A DNA stretch of 64,000 nucleotides, taken from contig NC_057749.1 in NCBI RefSeq assembly GCF_004010195.1, forward strand, positions 20,269,182 through 20,333,181, written 5' to 3'. The position numbers were made by a program, and so were the translations under genes. A model generated the notes under the pieces. That model made no database searches. It worked only from the letters and a program-made list of their open reading frames with translations, and was not told the DNA's origin. The DNA comes from Chiloscyllium plagiosum (taxonomy: Eukaryota). Of the stretch, positions 50,824 to 61,853 are shown piece after piece (the stretch's first letter is position 1; every line of letters starts with the position of its first letter).

Positions 50824-50862
50824 TTTTGTTCAGAAATGCATTGAGAAAGGGCATTGTTGATG

Positions 50863-51225
50863 CAGGTGGCACAGTGAAAATGCCACTGAGTTAATAAATC
50901 CAGTGGCCCAGGCTAATGCTATAGGGATGAAGGTTCGAATCCTACCATGACAGATAGTCGAATAAGGAATTAACAACTTGTCTTCATAATGGTTAGCATG
51001 AACCCATCATCGCTGGTAGTAAAAACCATCTGCTTCATTAATGACCTTTAGGGGACAAAATGTACCATCCTTAGCTGACTTGACCTCGTGGACATGTGGC
51101 TCAGCATTCACATTCTTAACTGTCCTCTAAGGTATCCATGTAAGCCACTGAACTCAAGGCAGTTAGGATGGGCAACAAATGCTGGCCTTTCCAGTGAAAC
51201 CCACATCCCATGCAAGAATAAATCA
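50863..51225 (+). mobile_element. tRNA-headed SINE-like derivative of LINE family B (head joined directly to tail)
   Basis: A-box-like TGGCACAGTGA (50867), B-box GGTTCGAATCC (50932), body like 1260-1500, ending ctcaaggcagttaggatgggcaacaaatgctggcc...cacatcccatg. Confidence 0.7.
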
Positions 51226-52145
51226 AAGGTTCTTACTCCTATAGGGTTAAATAAGAGAAAATGTTCAACCTTGTATCTTTTCATGGCTTTTGGGCAAAGA
51301 GTTTTGGAGTATGATCCATCATTTGAAGTTTGACCTGAGTGTTTGTACAGTCACAGGATACATAAATGATTTACTTTCAGTTATACTGGCTGAGGATGAC
51401 ACCTGTTCAGGATTATGAGTCACTGCCATTGATCTTCATGTGACTGTACAGGCACATGTTCAGTCTGCATTATTTTTAATATTTCATAACTGGTCTAGAT
51501 TACGGATTGCTATGTGCACTATGTTGGAGACACTTAAGAGGTGGATTTTTAAATCCTTCCAGGTCAAAATTGTTGAATTCAGTGGACTGATTGGTTCTCT
51601 CCATGATTTCACTTGTCATTTTTGTACCTTAAAGCAGCTAGTTGAGTCAGTTTCCAATTTATTGTTAGATCTGTCACAGTTTGAGTATGTGAAGGTTGTA
51701 AACATTACAAAAAGCAGCTCATTTTAATATATCTTCACTGTTAAGAAGAATATGACCACTCCACTCTACTCTTGACCCGTAGTTTTAAAGAAGCATTAAT
51801 TTTCTGTTCAGTTCTGCAGCAAAACTGATCTTCCAGAAAAGTATCTGTGCACATAGTTGTATGTCTGTCTGTACAACACCATGTACTATAACCCTCCACA
51901 CTCCTCAGTATGTTCAGGAAACGTGTGATTTGAATGCTCACGGTGACGATAGTTGACCACGCATTAATTATCCCAATGAATACTTGTTGCATATGCAACA
52001 CGTGGATTGATTGATGTTCTCTAAAATCATCTTCAAGTATAAAATTTATTTCTTCTCCGAAATTGAGTAACATGGCTTTTCAGACTTGGAGCTAGTCAAT
52101 TAAATGTATGTTGTGTGTGCTTAAATTGACCATTTTTGCTTGCAG

Positions 52146-52230
52146 GCAGAAACATTAAAGGAACGCTACCAGAAAATTGGGGATACAAAACGAAACACTC
52201 CGATTGAAGTTCTCTGTGAGAGCTTTCCAG
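52146..52230 (+). CDS. CSNK1G1: CK1 gamma-1 exon: [28 protein letters not shown]
   Basis: Acceptor tttttgcttgcag and donor CAG|gtatgg. Translated manually; phase matches both neighbouring exons. Confidence 0.95.
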
Positions 52231-52267
52231 GTATGGGCCACACTGTAGATTGGCTCTTGTAAACATT

Positions 52268-52434
52268 GTTTGCAGTATTAAGAGGCATTTGGATGGGTAT
52301 ATGAATAGGAAGGGTTTGGAGGGATATGGGCCGGGTGCTGGCAGGTGGGACTACATTGGGTTGGGATATCTGGTCGGCATGGATGGGTTGGACCGAGGGG
52401 TCTATTTCCATGCTGTACATCTCTGTGACTCTAT
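52268..52434 (+). mobile_element. CR1/HER1-type LINE extreme 3' end, about 40 nt downstream of an exon
   Basis: Nearly identical to 6145-6295 (gcatttggatgggtatatgaatagga...gactctat). Confidence 0.9.
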
Positions 52435-53070
52435 AACAGTATGCCAAGAATTTCTGAATTTCTTGAGATTTTTAATATGAAAAAGCTCCAGAGAAAAACT
52501 GCAAGTGGAAAAAAAGTGTGACTGCAGAATGGTAAATCTCTCCAGTTGATTATCCCTTGCTCTCCACAAAAAACTTGTTATCTTCTGTCCTTGATATTGA
52601 ATTCTGCTGACAGGTGCGGCTGCTGTTACTGAGTTAACCGAATTCAGTTTTCCTCTGCTTTCCTACTGAGTAATTATGGAGCTGTTCACACATGGAGCTG
52701 TGTTGATTGCTGAAGAGTGAACAACACTTCAGGCTGTTGACAGTCTTCGCACTAGTTTTAAACTTTTTGAGTCAGAGTGATGTATTAATCTCGAGTTAAG
52801 ATTAAGATCAAGACAAGCATCAAACAAGGAATCATCAGAATGTATAACAGGATCATGAATTTGGTTATTTTTATATTGGATAACGTGTAGGGACATTGAT
52901 TTGTGAGTCTTAAAGAGATAAGTCATTCCAATGTTACTGCTAATGGTTATTAAAACATTTACTCTTGCATATTACAGTAATTTTTTTTCAGTTTGATGTG
53001 CATTTAATACCAGCTGTCCATTGGATTGACTGAACTCTTAATCAGGACAACCTGAGCCTTCAGAGATTTG

Positions 53071-53190
53071 GAGAAAGTGAGGACTGCAGATGCTGGAAAT
53101 CAGAGCTTAAAAATGTGTTGCTGGAAAGGTGCAGCAGGTCAGACAGCATCAAAGGAGCAGGAGAATCAGCGTTTCCGGCATAAGCCTTCA
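53071..53190 (-). mobile_element. Penelope-like terminal fragment (family A) with 16-bp direct repeat
   Basis: gagaaagtgaggactgcagatgctgga...gtttccggcataagcc. agccttcagagatttg occurs at 53055-53070 and 53183-53198. Confidence 0.75.
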
Positions 53191-54049
53191 GAGATTTGTC
53201 CCATCAATACAATGTAGAAATTGTTTCAATCTTTCCCTGCTTCACCACTTTCCTATAGGAGTCAGGTTAGCTTGAAGTCACCATTTTAATGGTCACTTAG
53301 CATTATTTATTGATGGAGAAGGTTACATCATATATACAGCTAACAATGGTGAAACCTTTCCATAGGCATCGAATTACGGGCAGATCAGCTATGATCTCAC
53401 TGAATGGTGAATTTAGTTCAAGGGGCTAATGCTTAGGTTTGGTACCACCTTAAACTTTGTTCAGTACTTTACTCTTTACTGAGTTGGTTACTGAGCACTC
53501 CTTTGATTACTTCACTGAATTCCTGATGTGAGGTAAGGGATCTCGGACAATGGCCTTTTCAGAGTCTTGGGAGAGTTCTTCAATGATGAGACAGGATGAA
53601 CTTGGTGAGGTCTTGACCAGTCCAAGATTCTGCAGACTGATTTGATTGCAGTGTTCATGGGATGTTACATTGCCCTAGGATAATAGTATCAAATACTTTC
53701 AGAGAGATTTTGTGGAGGGGTTTTGTTTGTACTTAGTTGGTGAGATAACCAGCTAGTCACTTCTGGATAGCAGGAGCATGCTATTCTACTGAGTATGAAT
53801 ATAGAAGTCTTCCAAAGGTGATAAATATGTTCCTTTATTTGGAGCAAAATACATGATTTCAGAATTGTGCAATCAGAGAGGTCTACAGTGCAGAAAAAGG
53901 CCTTTCAGCCTATCAGGTCTGTGCCAGTGAAAAACCAGCACCTAACTATTCTGTTTTCCATCTTGAGACTTCATAAGCATATCTTACATCGATACTTGTG
54001 CACCAAAAACTCCACGTGTTTTGTTGCGATATGTCCCACTTTCACTGTC

Positions 54050-54270
54050 TTTCACATTATGCATTCTTAATCAGTCCCTCCCAATGTCCACCTTATCAAA
54101 TGTCTTCTCTGATGATCTTTGTGCCCCTGCAACCTCCCAATTTTCTTTGGATTCATAAGCTGTCAGATATTTTTTCATTTCTGAAGAAGGGCTTATGCCT
54201 GAAACGTCGATTCTCCTGCTCCTTGGATGCTGCCTGACCTGCTGCGCTTTTCCAGCAACACATTTTTCAG
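54050..54270 (+). mobile_element. Penelope-like terminal fragment (family A) with hammerhead-like core
   Basis: CTGAAGA-A-GGGC-ttat-GCCT-GAAACGTCGA at 54181-54210. Confidence 0.72.
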
Positions 54271-55384
54271 ATATTTGCTCAGGCATTTGCCTTTTGGTTG
54301 GTGCCTAAGAGAGTATGGTGCCAAAAGAAGAACAGTAACCAAAAAGGAATTGCAGTCTTTGTTGAAGAATTTGAAGACTAAACTTTTGCTCGATAGCTGC
54401 TTGGAAGATCTCAGCCTAGAATGAGAAAGTTGAATGAAACAAATGCTCGTTCAGTACAGTGGATCCATTGAAGGAGAGCATTACCTCACTATAACCTTTC
54501 CAAAGTGACAATTTACGAGCCTTTGTAGACAAGTCAATTTAGAATAATACTGTAAAACTGAGGTTTAAAATAAGAAATATTTGAATGAGAGTAGCAGTTT
54601 TTTGCATCTGTAAGTACTGTGATGTTTGCTGTTTACTTTCATTGATGTGAAGTAATTGAATTGTGTAGAATAGAGTAGGAACTGTATTCACCAAGGAAGT
54701 TGAAAATCCAATATTTCTCTGTAAATTGTAGATTACTTTTGTGCTACTAGTAGTGAAACTGTAACTTGAAGCTTAAAGAGCCAATAGCACATGAGCTGAG
54801 TTGGCTTGCAGGAATTACCATGCAATTTATGATATAACTTCCAATTACTCCATGTCAGTAGACAGAACTGTGCCCTCAGCCTTATATGTCAATCTCTTTC
54901 TGGGTTGGATTTGAGGTCTGTTCTCCAAGGTGACAGGACACCATTCCTTTAACTACTCAATCCTTTAGGGTATTGTTGTCTTCATTCCCCTATGTTAGTT
55001 ATTTGATCTTTTTTGTAAAGATACAGCTATTTGGTTGACCAGCCACCATGGAGACCATATGTTTAGTTTAGGCAATAGGTATGTTCCATCAACGTAATTG
55101 AGCATTTCTGTTAAAATACGCCATTAACTAACTTTACTTCTCCTGTCTGTTCACTATACACTACCTGAACTGTTCTCCACCTCATTACTGCAGTGATTAG
55201 AAGTTTGGGGAGTTGCGATTATTTGTTTGACAGCAATTCATTTTTCGAATAAGCACTTTACAGTCTTCTGGTCACTATTGAGTTCATCAATTTTAAATTG
55301 GAATCATGGCTTCCGTTTTCCGAGACTGCAGGTGCTGTCAATGTCCTTGGGTGTAATATTTTGTTAACTTCATGTGTTTTTGAC

Positions 55385-55635
55385 ATCTCCTTTTGCCTTG
55401 TATTGTTAACTCTTGTCAATCAATCACTCCCGATCTCCAGTCTGTAACAGAACTTCCCTCCCACTCTTTGTGCCCCTCGCATTTTGCAGTGTCTCTGTAT
55501 TTGATTATAATCTGTTCAATGTCTAACTGCTTCCAGTTCTGATGAAGGATCATTGATCTGAAATTGTTAATTGTCTTTCTGTATGGATGCTGCCTGACCT
55601 ATTGGTTTGTTGTGGTATTTCCTGGTTTTATTTTT
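55385..55635 (+). mobile_element. Decayed Penelope-like terminal fragment abutting the exon acceptor
   Basis: CTGATGA-A-GGATC-att-GATCT-GAAA at 55539-55563, followed by ggatgctgcctgacct. Confidence 0.6.
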
Positions 55636-55660
55636 GACTGCTTTGTCTTTTCCTTCACAG

Positions 55661-55809
55661 AGGAGATGGCGACGTACCTCCGCTATGTCAGGAGGTTAGA
55701 CTTCTTTGAAAAACCAGACTACCAGTATTTACGCACACTATTCACAGATCTTTTTGAAAGAAAGGGCTACGCTTTTGATTATGCATACGACTGGGTTGGC
55801 AGGCAAATA
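55661..55809 (+). CDS. CSNK1G1: CK1 gamma-1 exon: [50 protein letters not shown]
   Basis: Acceptor tttgtcttttccttcacag and donor ATA|gtaagt. Encodes the end of the kinase domain. Confidence 0.97.
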
Positions 55810-56019
55810 GTAAGTAGCAAAGTGGCTATTACGATCCTGTGAAAAGAGAGCAAGTTATTCTGTTGAGGTTGAGATGTCCAATCCATAACGTATGGAGTGC
55901 CAAGAATTTGTTCATTAGCCAAACAGTAAGCTTCTAACCAAAGAAATTACATTCAAGATTTCAGATGTTAAATGTATATGTTATAAAACAATAGTTTTTG
56001 ATTTTTAATGGAAGGACTA

Positions 56020-56280
56020 AGAAAGGTTTTGCATTTATGTGGAGCCTTTTATGATGTTCCAAACGTTTGGCAAATAAGTATTTTTGAAGTGTTGTCATCT
56101 TGTAATGTAGGGAAGTTTCACAACCACTTGATTCAGAGCATGGTCACACAAACAGCAATGCGATATGCAACTAGGCACATATCATATTTTAGTGATGTTG
56201 GTCATGGAATAAATAATGGCCAGGAGAATTTCTGTGTTCATTTTTGAATCATGCTATGCGATAGTTAGTATTCTGCTCAG
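56020..56280 (-). mobile_element. Deu-domain SINE 3' half
   Basis: ttgcatttatgtggagcctttt...tttgaagtgttgtcatcttgtaatgtaggga...cacaaacagcaatg...ttttagtgatgttgg. Confidence 0.6.
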
Positions 56281-56924
56281 AAGTGATAATGAGGCATCGT
56301 TGATACCATTGGTCCATTATTCCTGAGGAATACTGATAAATATCCAGAACAGGTCAGGCCTGGCCTGGTTTCACTCAGGGATAGATAGCGAGGTTAGATG
56401 AGGTCTGGGTCAGCATTTGTTTGTAAATTACCGCATGTAACTGTGTAAAAGTCTAATTTCTAAGAAGGAATTTTTGGTCAAAGTAATTGCGGTCAGAGAG
56501 GAGGTTCAGCTTTTATGCAAGTAACATTTTGGAGGGAATGAAATCCAGTCTCACCTCACTATTGCAGAGTTGCCAGGTCAGAGACAGAGGTTGGAGACTG
56601 TTCCTGACCCCAACTGGAGCCAAGAGTACATGTGCAGGCAAGATGTCTGAACTGCCTTTTTCAATAGTATATTACTCTTTGATTCTGTCAAGCAGCTTTG
56701 CACCAGGGCAGGTTTGACATCAGTGGCAAGTGGGTGGTAAGTGTAAAGAGTTTGAATTATTTGGGTTAGACTTTGATTCAGCCCATTCATAAGCCCATAT
56801 GAAAAATGAATGTTGCTTTGGCCAAAGGTTGGGTGTCACCGTTTGCACATAGTCAACTATTACTCAAGCATATGCCCACTCAAACTGACAAAACAACTTA
56901 GATTAAAACATTGCAATGGTGGTC

Positions 56925-56962
56925 CTCCCTCTCTCTCTCNNNNNNNNNNNNNNNNNCACTCG

Positions 56963-57013
<51 letters not shown>
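56925..57013. repeat. (CT)n/(CA)n microsatellite with a 17-N gap (56940-56956)
   Basis: Read directly from the sequence. Confidence 0.95.
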
Positions 57014-57015
<2 letters not shown>

Positions 57016-58374
57016 CCGCCCCCCAGCCAAGCCGTCACCACTTTGACTTGGAACTGTTCCTTTAGTGTGGCTGGGTCAAAATCCTGGAACACTCTCCTTT
57101 ATTAGTACTGTGGGTCTACATACCAAATGGATTACATTGGTGCAAGAAGGCAGTTACCTCCTTGATGGCAACTAGGAGTGGACAATAAATGCTGGCTCAG
57201 CCAGTGATTTCCACATCCCATGTATGAATTAGCAAACGATATGGAAACAGGTCATCAAGACGGTTGATGTGAACAGAATTTTTGTGATTCCAAACAATTA
57301 CAACCTGACCCGTCTGGAAATTGGAAATTGTGGGGTACTCAGGCCATGAGTTTCCAGGGCATGAATAAGATTTTCCAGATGGCATTCCATTGCTCAGGAG
57401 CTTGCAGAGAGAAATGTGCGTAAACACAGTTGAAGTTCACTGAGCGAATACTCTTGGTGCGGCTTGTTCAGAGCTACTCGTCAAACTGATAATTTGGTTT
57501 GCTCTTAATTCCGATTAAGGCTATAGACCTTGTATAATTTATGTGTTGGTTGCTTGGGTGAAAAAAACCTTTCAGCAAAATTTGTGTTGGCACTGAAATC
57601 ATCAACATCTATTTTTATTTAATGAAATACAATTTGATTGGTAAAGAATTAGCAACTCCAGACTGCAAATTAAAGTTGGGTTGCACACAGTATAAATGTT
57701 GTTTAATGAGTGAAATCTGATTATAACCGGATGTTTGAAATTAGCAGTGTTTGATATGCCTTTGATATTAATCTTCTGTTGTTATCATAAGCAAATAAGT
57801 GGTTCAGTGTATTTAACTTGTTTGCTGTTTTAGAGTGGGTGGGGGCAAAGGCAGTCTGTTCAGGGGATGTAAGGAATTTAAATTTCACAAACATGCCCCA
57901 GTTACATTATATATGCTCATACTCTTATCAACTCCCATCAGATCAGCACGTAGATACAAAGAAGAACAGTCGGAGGCATGTGCTAAGCAGGATTTGTTCC
58001 CCATTTTATATCTCAACGTTCCTGTGGCTTTTGAGTGCAGTGAATTCTCAATCTCAATGCACATATTGAGGAGAGGTATCAAGGCTATATCTGGTATTTT
58101 CCAATTTGAGATAGGATTTGAGGGTTGGGGGGAAATCAGGTGATTTTTAAATCAGGGAAGCTAACCTAATGGCCTGTAGTGTTAAGGGGAAAAGTATTTT
58201 CTTTAAGTGGAATTGCATATAATTTTACAGTACAGAAACAGCATGTTTAAACCTCTTCACCTCACCCTATCTGCCCTCCTAGTTCTTTCTCCTTTGTACT
58301 CTACTAGCTCCATATTATATGCTTCTATTCTGTTCATTACTGCTCCTCCATGTGTGGACAGTAATTGTTAGTTC

Positions 58375-58990
58375 TGTCGGGGATGTGGGTGTTGCTGACT
58401 GAGCCACCATTTATTGCCCATCTCTAATTGTCCTTGAGCAGGTGGTGATGAACTTCCTTATTGAGGCACTGCAGTCCATTTCATGTAGGTACACCGTTGT
58501 GGTACTGTTCGCCGAGCTGGGAATTTGTGTCGCAAACATTTCGTCCCCTGTCTAGGTGACATCCTCAGTGCTTGGGAGCCTCCTGTGAAGCGCTTCTGTG
58601 TTGTTTCCTCTGGCATTTATAGTGGTTTGTCTCTGCCGCTTCCGAGCTACAAATCTTCTCACAAACTTTGAATGTAGGTACACCCACAGTGCTGTTAGGG
58701 AGGGAGTTTGGGCATTTTTACTCTGACTGTAAAGGAATGCTGATATATTTTCTAGTTGGGATGGGAATTGCTTAGAGGGGAACTTGCAAGCAGTGTTCAG
58801 TTTCTGGCCATTGGTAATCTGAACCAGATGAGTTTTTACAAGAATCAGTAATGGTTTCATGGTCAACATAGGCCTTTTAATTCCAGATTTAAAAAAAAAT
58901 GTTAATTCCATCATTTGCCATGATCCCCAGAGCATAATCTGTCTCTCTGGATTACTAGGCCACCTACAATACCACAATGCTGTCGCTGTT
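58375..58990 (-). mobile_element. LINE family B derivative (tail plus head) with a nested Penelope-like insert
   Basis: Tail ggatgtgggt...ttattgcccatc at 58381-58425, and head gaaccagatgagtttttac...ctctggattactag at 58821-58960. Confidence 0.65.
58496..58671 (-). mobile_element. Penelope-like insertion (family B) with hammerhead-like core and 13-bp TSD
   Basis: Reverse complement reads CTGAGGA-T-GTCACC-tagaca-GGGGAC-GAAATGTT (58535-58568). The TSD atgtaggtacacc is at 58483-58495 and 58672-58684. Confidence 0.72.
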
Positions 58991-59149
58991 TCCACATTCT
59001 AAATATGCTGTTGGTGAAGAGGTCTCTCGGGCTATGCTGGTGATTGATGTATATCTATAACCCCCTCCCACAAAATTTTCAATTTGCTCTGGCAGCACTC
59101 TGAGGCTATACTGTAGAATTAACTTAAATATTTAATTATATGAAATCTA

Positions 59150-59280
59150 GGTAAAAACAATGACTGCAGATGCTAGAAACCAGATTCTGGATTAGAGTGG
59201 TGCTGGAAAAGCACAGCAGTTCAGGCAGTATCCGAGGAGCAGGAAAATCGACGTTTCGGGCAAAAGCCCTTCATCAGGAA
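59150..59280 (-). mobile_element. Penelope-like terminal fragment (family A) with intact hammerhead-like core
   Basis: Reverse complement reads CTGATGA-A-GGGC-tttt-GCCC-GAAACGTCGA (59248-59277). Confidence 0.75.
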
Positions 59281-60091
59281 ATCTGTTTATTGCAAAATGC
59301 ATGTTTTTAGTTCTTTCAGTGTCCTAACCTTTATAGCCGTGCCAATGAGTGAACTTGTTTCAGTCAAACTTATATTTGTTCTTTGGTTGCTAAGACAATT
59401 TGACATGGGCTTTGAGTTCCCATAAGTAACGAGTGAAGATTTTGAAATGGTTACTCCAAACTGAGAATCAGGGACAGTGCAATGTTGACTGAAAAATTGG
59501 CTTTTGGAGACAATCTTCAGTTAAAGATGAATATTTCAATTTGTGTGGATCTATCTCCATTTGCTGCGTCTGCAGGACTGATTGTAAAATCCTGCATGGT
59601 AATTCTATTGTAGCTTACTTTTGGTTTCATAAATACATATCAAGGATCTTACTTTAACCCTTGTTGCAAGTAGTTTTAAAAGGGGCTTTGGCAGAATTGC
59701 CCATGTGGCAAGCACAAAACAGTTGTCTCTTGCGTTACTTAGATTTTCCATTGAATCAAATGTCACACTGAAGACTTTAAAAGACAATCTATATTGTTAT
59801 TCCCAAATTCGAGATTTTGTTTTTGTTTTTTTTGTTTCTTTTGCCCTAATAGCAAGCTTGTGAGCAAACCGAGGTTTTCAAGTAAACAGGCCAGCATGGC
59901 TTCCAGTTGATTTTTGAATTGAGTCTGGTCTTTAAAGTATTTCTAACATGTTTTGGCAATTACTTGAGGGCTTTCAAAATAAGGAAATATAGCGCAATCT
60001 TCCAGGTGTATTTAATTTAAATAGGCTGTATCTTACAGAGGAAGATAAATTTTAACTGACACCTCAGCTCAAAGGAGATGTTCAGGACAAA

Positions 60092-60182
60092 ATGGGTCTG
60101 GGTGGGTTACTCTTCGGAGGGTCGGTGTGGACTGGTTGGGCCACAGGGCCTGTTTCCACACTGGAGGGAACCTAATCTAATC
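60092..60182 (+). mobile_element. HE1-type V-SINE 3' fragment
   Basis: atgggtctgggtgggttactcttcggagggtcggtgtggac...gggcctgtttccacac. Confidence 0.8.
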
Positions 60183-61754
60183 ACAAAAAAAACCTGTCCC
60201 TTTGAGTCAGTATAATTTCCATTAAGTCCATATTTTACCATCAGTAAGTGTCATACAATCGCTTGTTCATTGTTAATTTAATAAATTTGAGTAGCATTTT
60301 AAAACTAGAATGAGATCCTGTGCTGTCTTGAAAATCAGGTAGATCTTATGTGGGAATAAATGTCCAACGACCAAGGTTTTCTGTTTCTTGGTCCTGTTGG
60401 GATGCTGACTATTAACCCAAGTTAAATGCCATAGGGAGTCACGGTTTTGAGTACAATAACTGAAAAGTCCAGAGTGCAAGCTGTACCCAGAGTACAGCTG
60501 TACCCAGCTGTATCCTTGCAGTTGGATTATTTGACAATAACCTATAAAGAAATTCTTGATCAAGCGTCATGAAGAATTCAAGGATTTCAGCTGAGAGTAC
60601 CTTTTTTTTTTAAAACAAACCCTATTCTGGAAAGCCCAATTAGTTGAAAAGGTGTTCACTGGTGCTACGGTCAAACTGAAGATGATCTCAATATTTTCAT
60701 AGCGATGAAATCAGTTTAATGGCTTGGATTTCATGGTGAGTGGCAAAGTGACAAAGCCTACCTCTGACCTTGAATAAAGCTGCACACAAAGACATAACAA
60801 TCTCTGAGGTCTAAAGTCCCAGTTACCGATTTATTTTTTTCAGAGGCCATAAGGTATCCAACAACAGTAACAGGATAAGCTCTCCATCTCATTCTGAAAA
60901 GACAATAACTCAGGAAGTAAAAAAAAACAGACTTTTCTATTTATAATTTAAAATTTTAAAGCAGAATCAATGATTGGGACACAGGATAAAATGGAAAGGA
61001 AATATCACCATTTAAGGGAAAAAATTGATTTGCAGTTGAGATTTCTTTTACAGTGAAGAAATTTGATACTGTACTAATTTGATAGTTCTTCAGGTATAGA
61101 TAAGCTATTCAGAATGAATTATCAGCTGCTTATATCAATAAGAACCTGGCTACACTTTGTCCAATGAGATGTATCTTCCTCGCTGGTTTTTATCATGAGA
61201 CTCAACAGTTAGGTTTCTTCACTGAGTGATTTTGAACTGATCGCCATTTATATCCTGTATGGAATGACTGACAGCATCTTCTGGATGCTGGTGTTTAACT
61301 GCACACCTAAAGGCATCTGAAGTTACTTTTAGATTCAGAGAAACAAGGGTAGTGAATGGTAACAGTTTCACAATCATTGCAACCACAAAATCCTGTTCTG
61401 CATTAAACCACTAGGTGAATCAATTCATAGGAAACTGTAGATTTCAAAGTAACTGGGGGAAAATGTGCGAAGAGATTTACTTTTCAGTTGATGCACCTCC
61501 TAGCAGCGTTAAACTAGGAGACTGTTGAATGTACTCACCACTACAGCCTCTTTTTGAAGTGATGTAACAAAATACAAAGTGGGGAGGTGAAGATGCTGAA
61601 GGCAGATATGGTCAGCTTTGATAGAAGGATTTCCCAAACATCCCTTGGATCCTGCTCCCCACTTGAAACAGACTGGTGATGCACATTATAGGAAATAAAA
61701 TGCTTCTAGGTTGTTCTGCTCTGAACCTCACCTGCCTTTGTGTATGTCCCACAG

Positions 61755-61853
61755 CCCACACCAGTTGGACCCAGTCATGGGGATCATGGACTAAACAGAG
61801 AAGGCCACACACACCGAGAAAAAGCCACGCATCAGCAGCCACTCCGAAACCAG
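61755..61853 (+). CDS. CSNK1G1: CK1 gamma-1 exon, C-terminal tail: [33 protein letters not shown]
   Basis: Acceptor ...gtcccacag and donor CAG|gtctgt. PTPVG...HTHR...QQPLRNQ matches the gamma-1 tail. Confidence 0.9.

Larger units (their letters stand above)
22429..61853 (+). other. CSNK1G1: Partial casein kinase 1 gamma 1 gene (6 internal coding exons; 5' and 3' ends not in window)
   Basis: Exons of 152/235/86/85/149/99 nt splice in consistent phase. Introns are 13225, 2245, 13774, 3430 and 5945 nt, all GT-AG. Gamma-1-type residues as recalled from the human paralogues: [42 protein letters not shown]. Confidence 0.92.
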
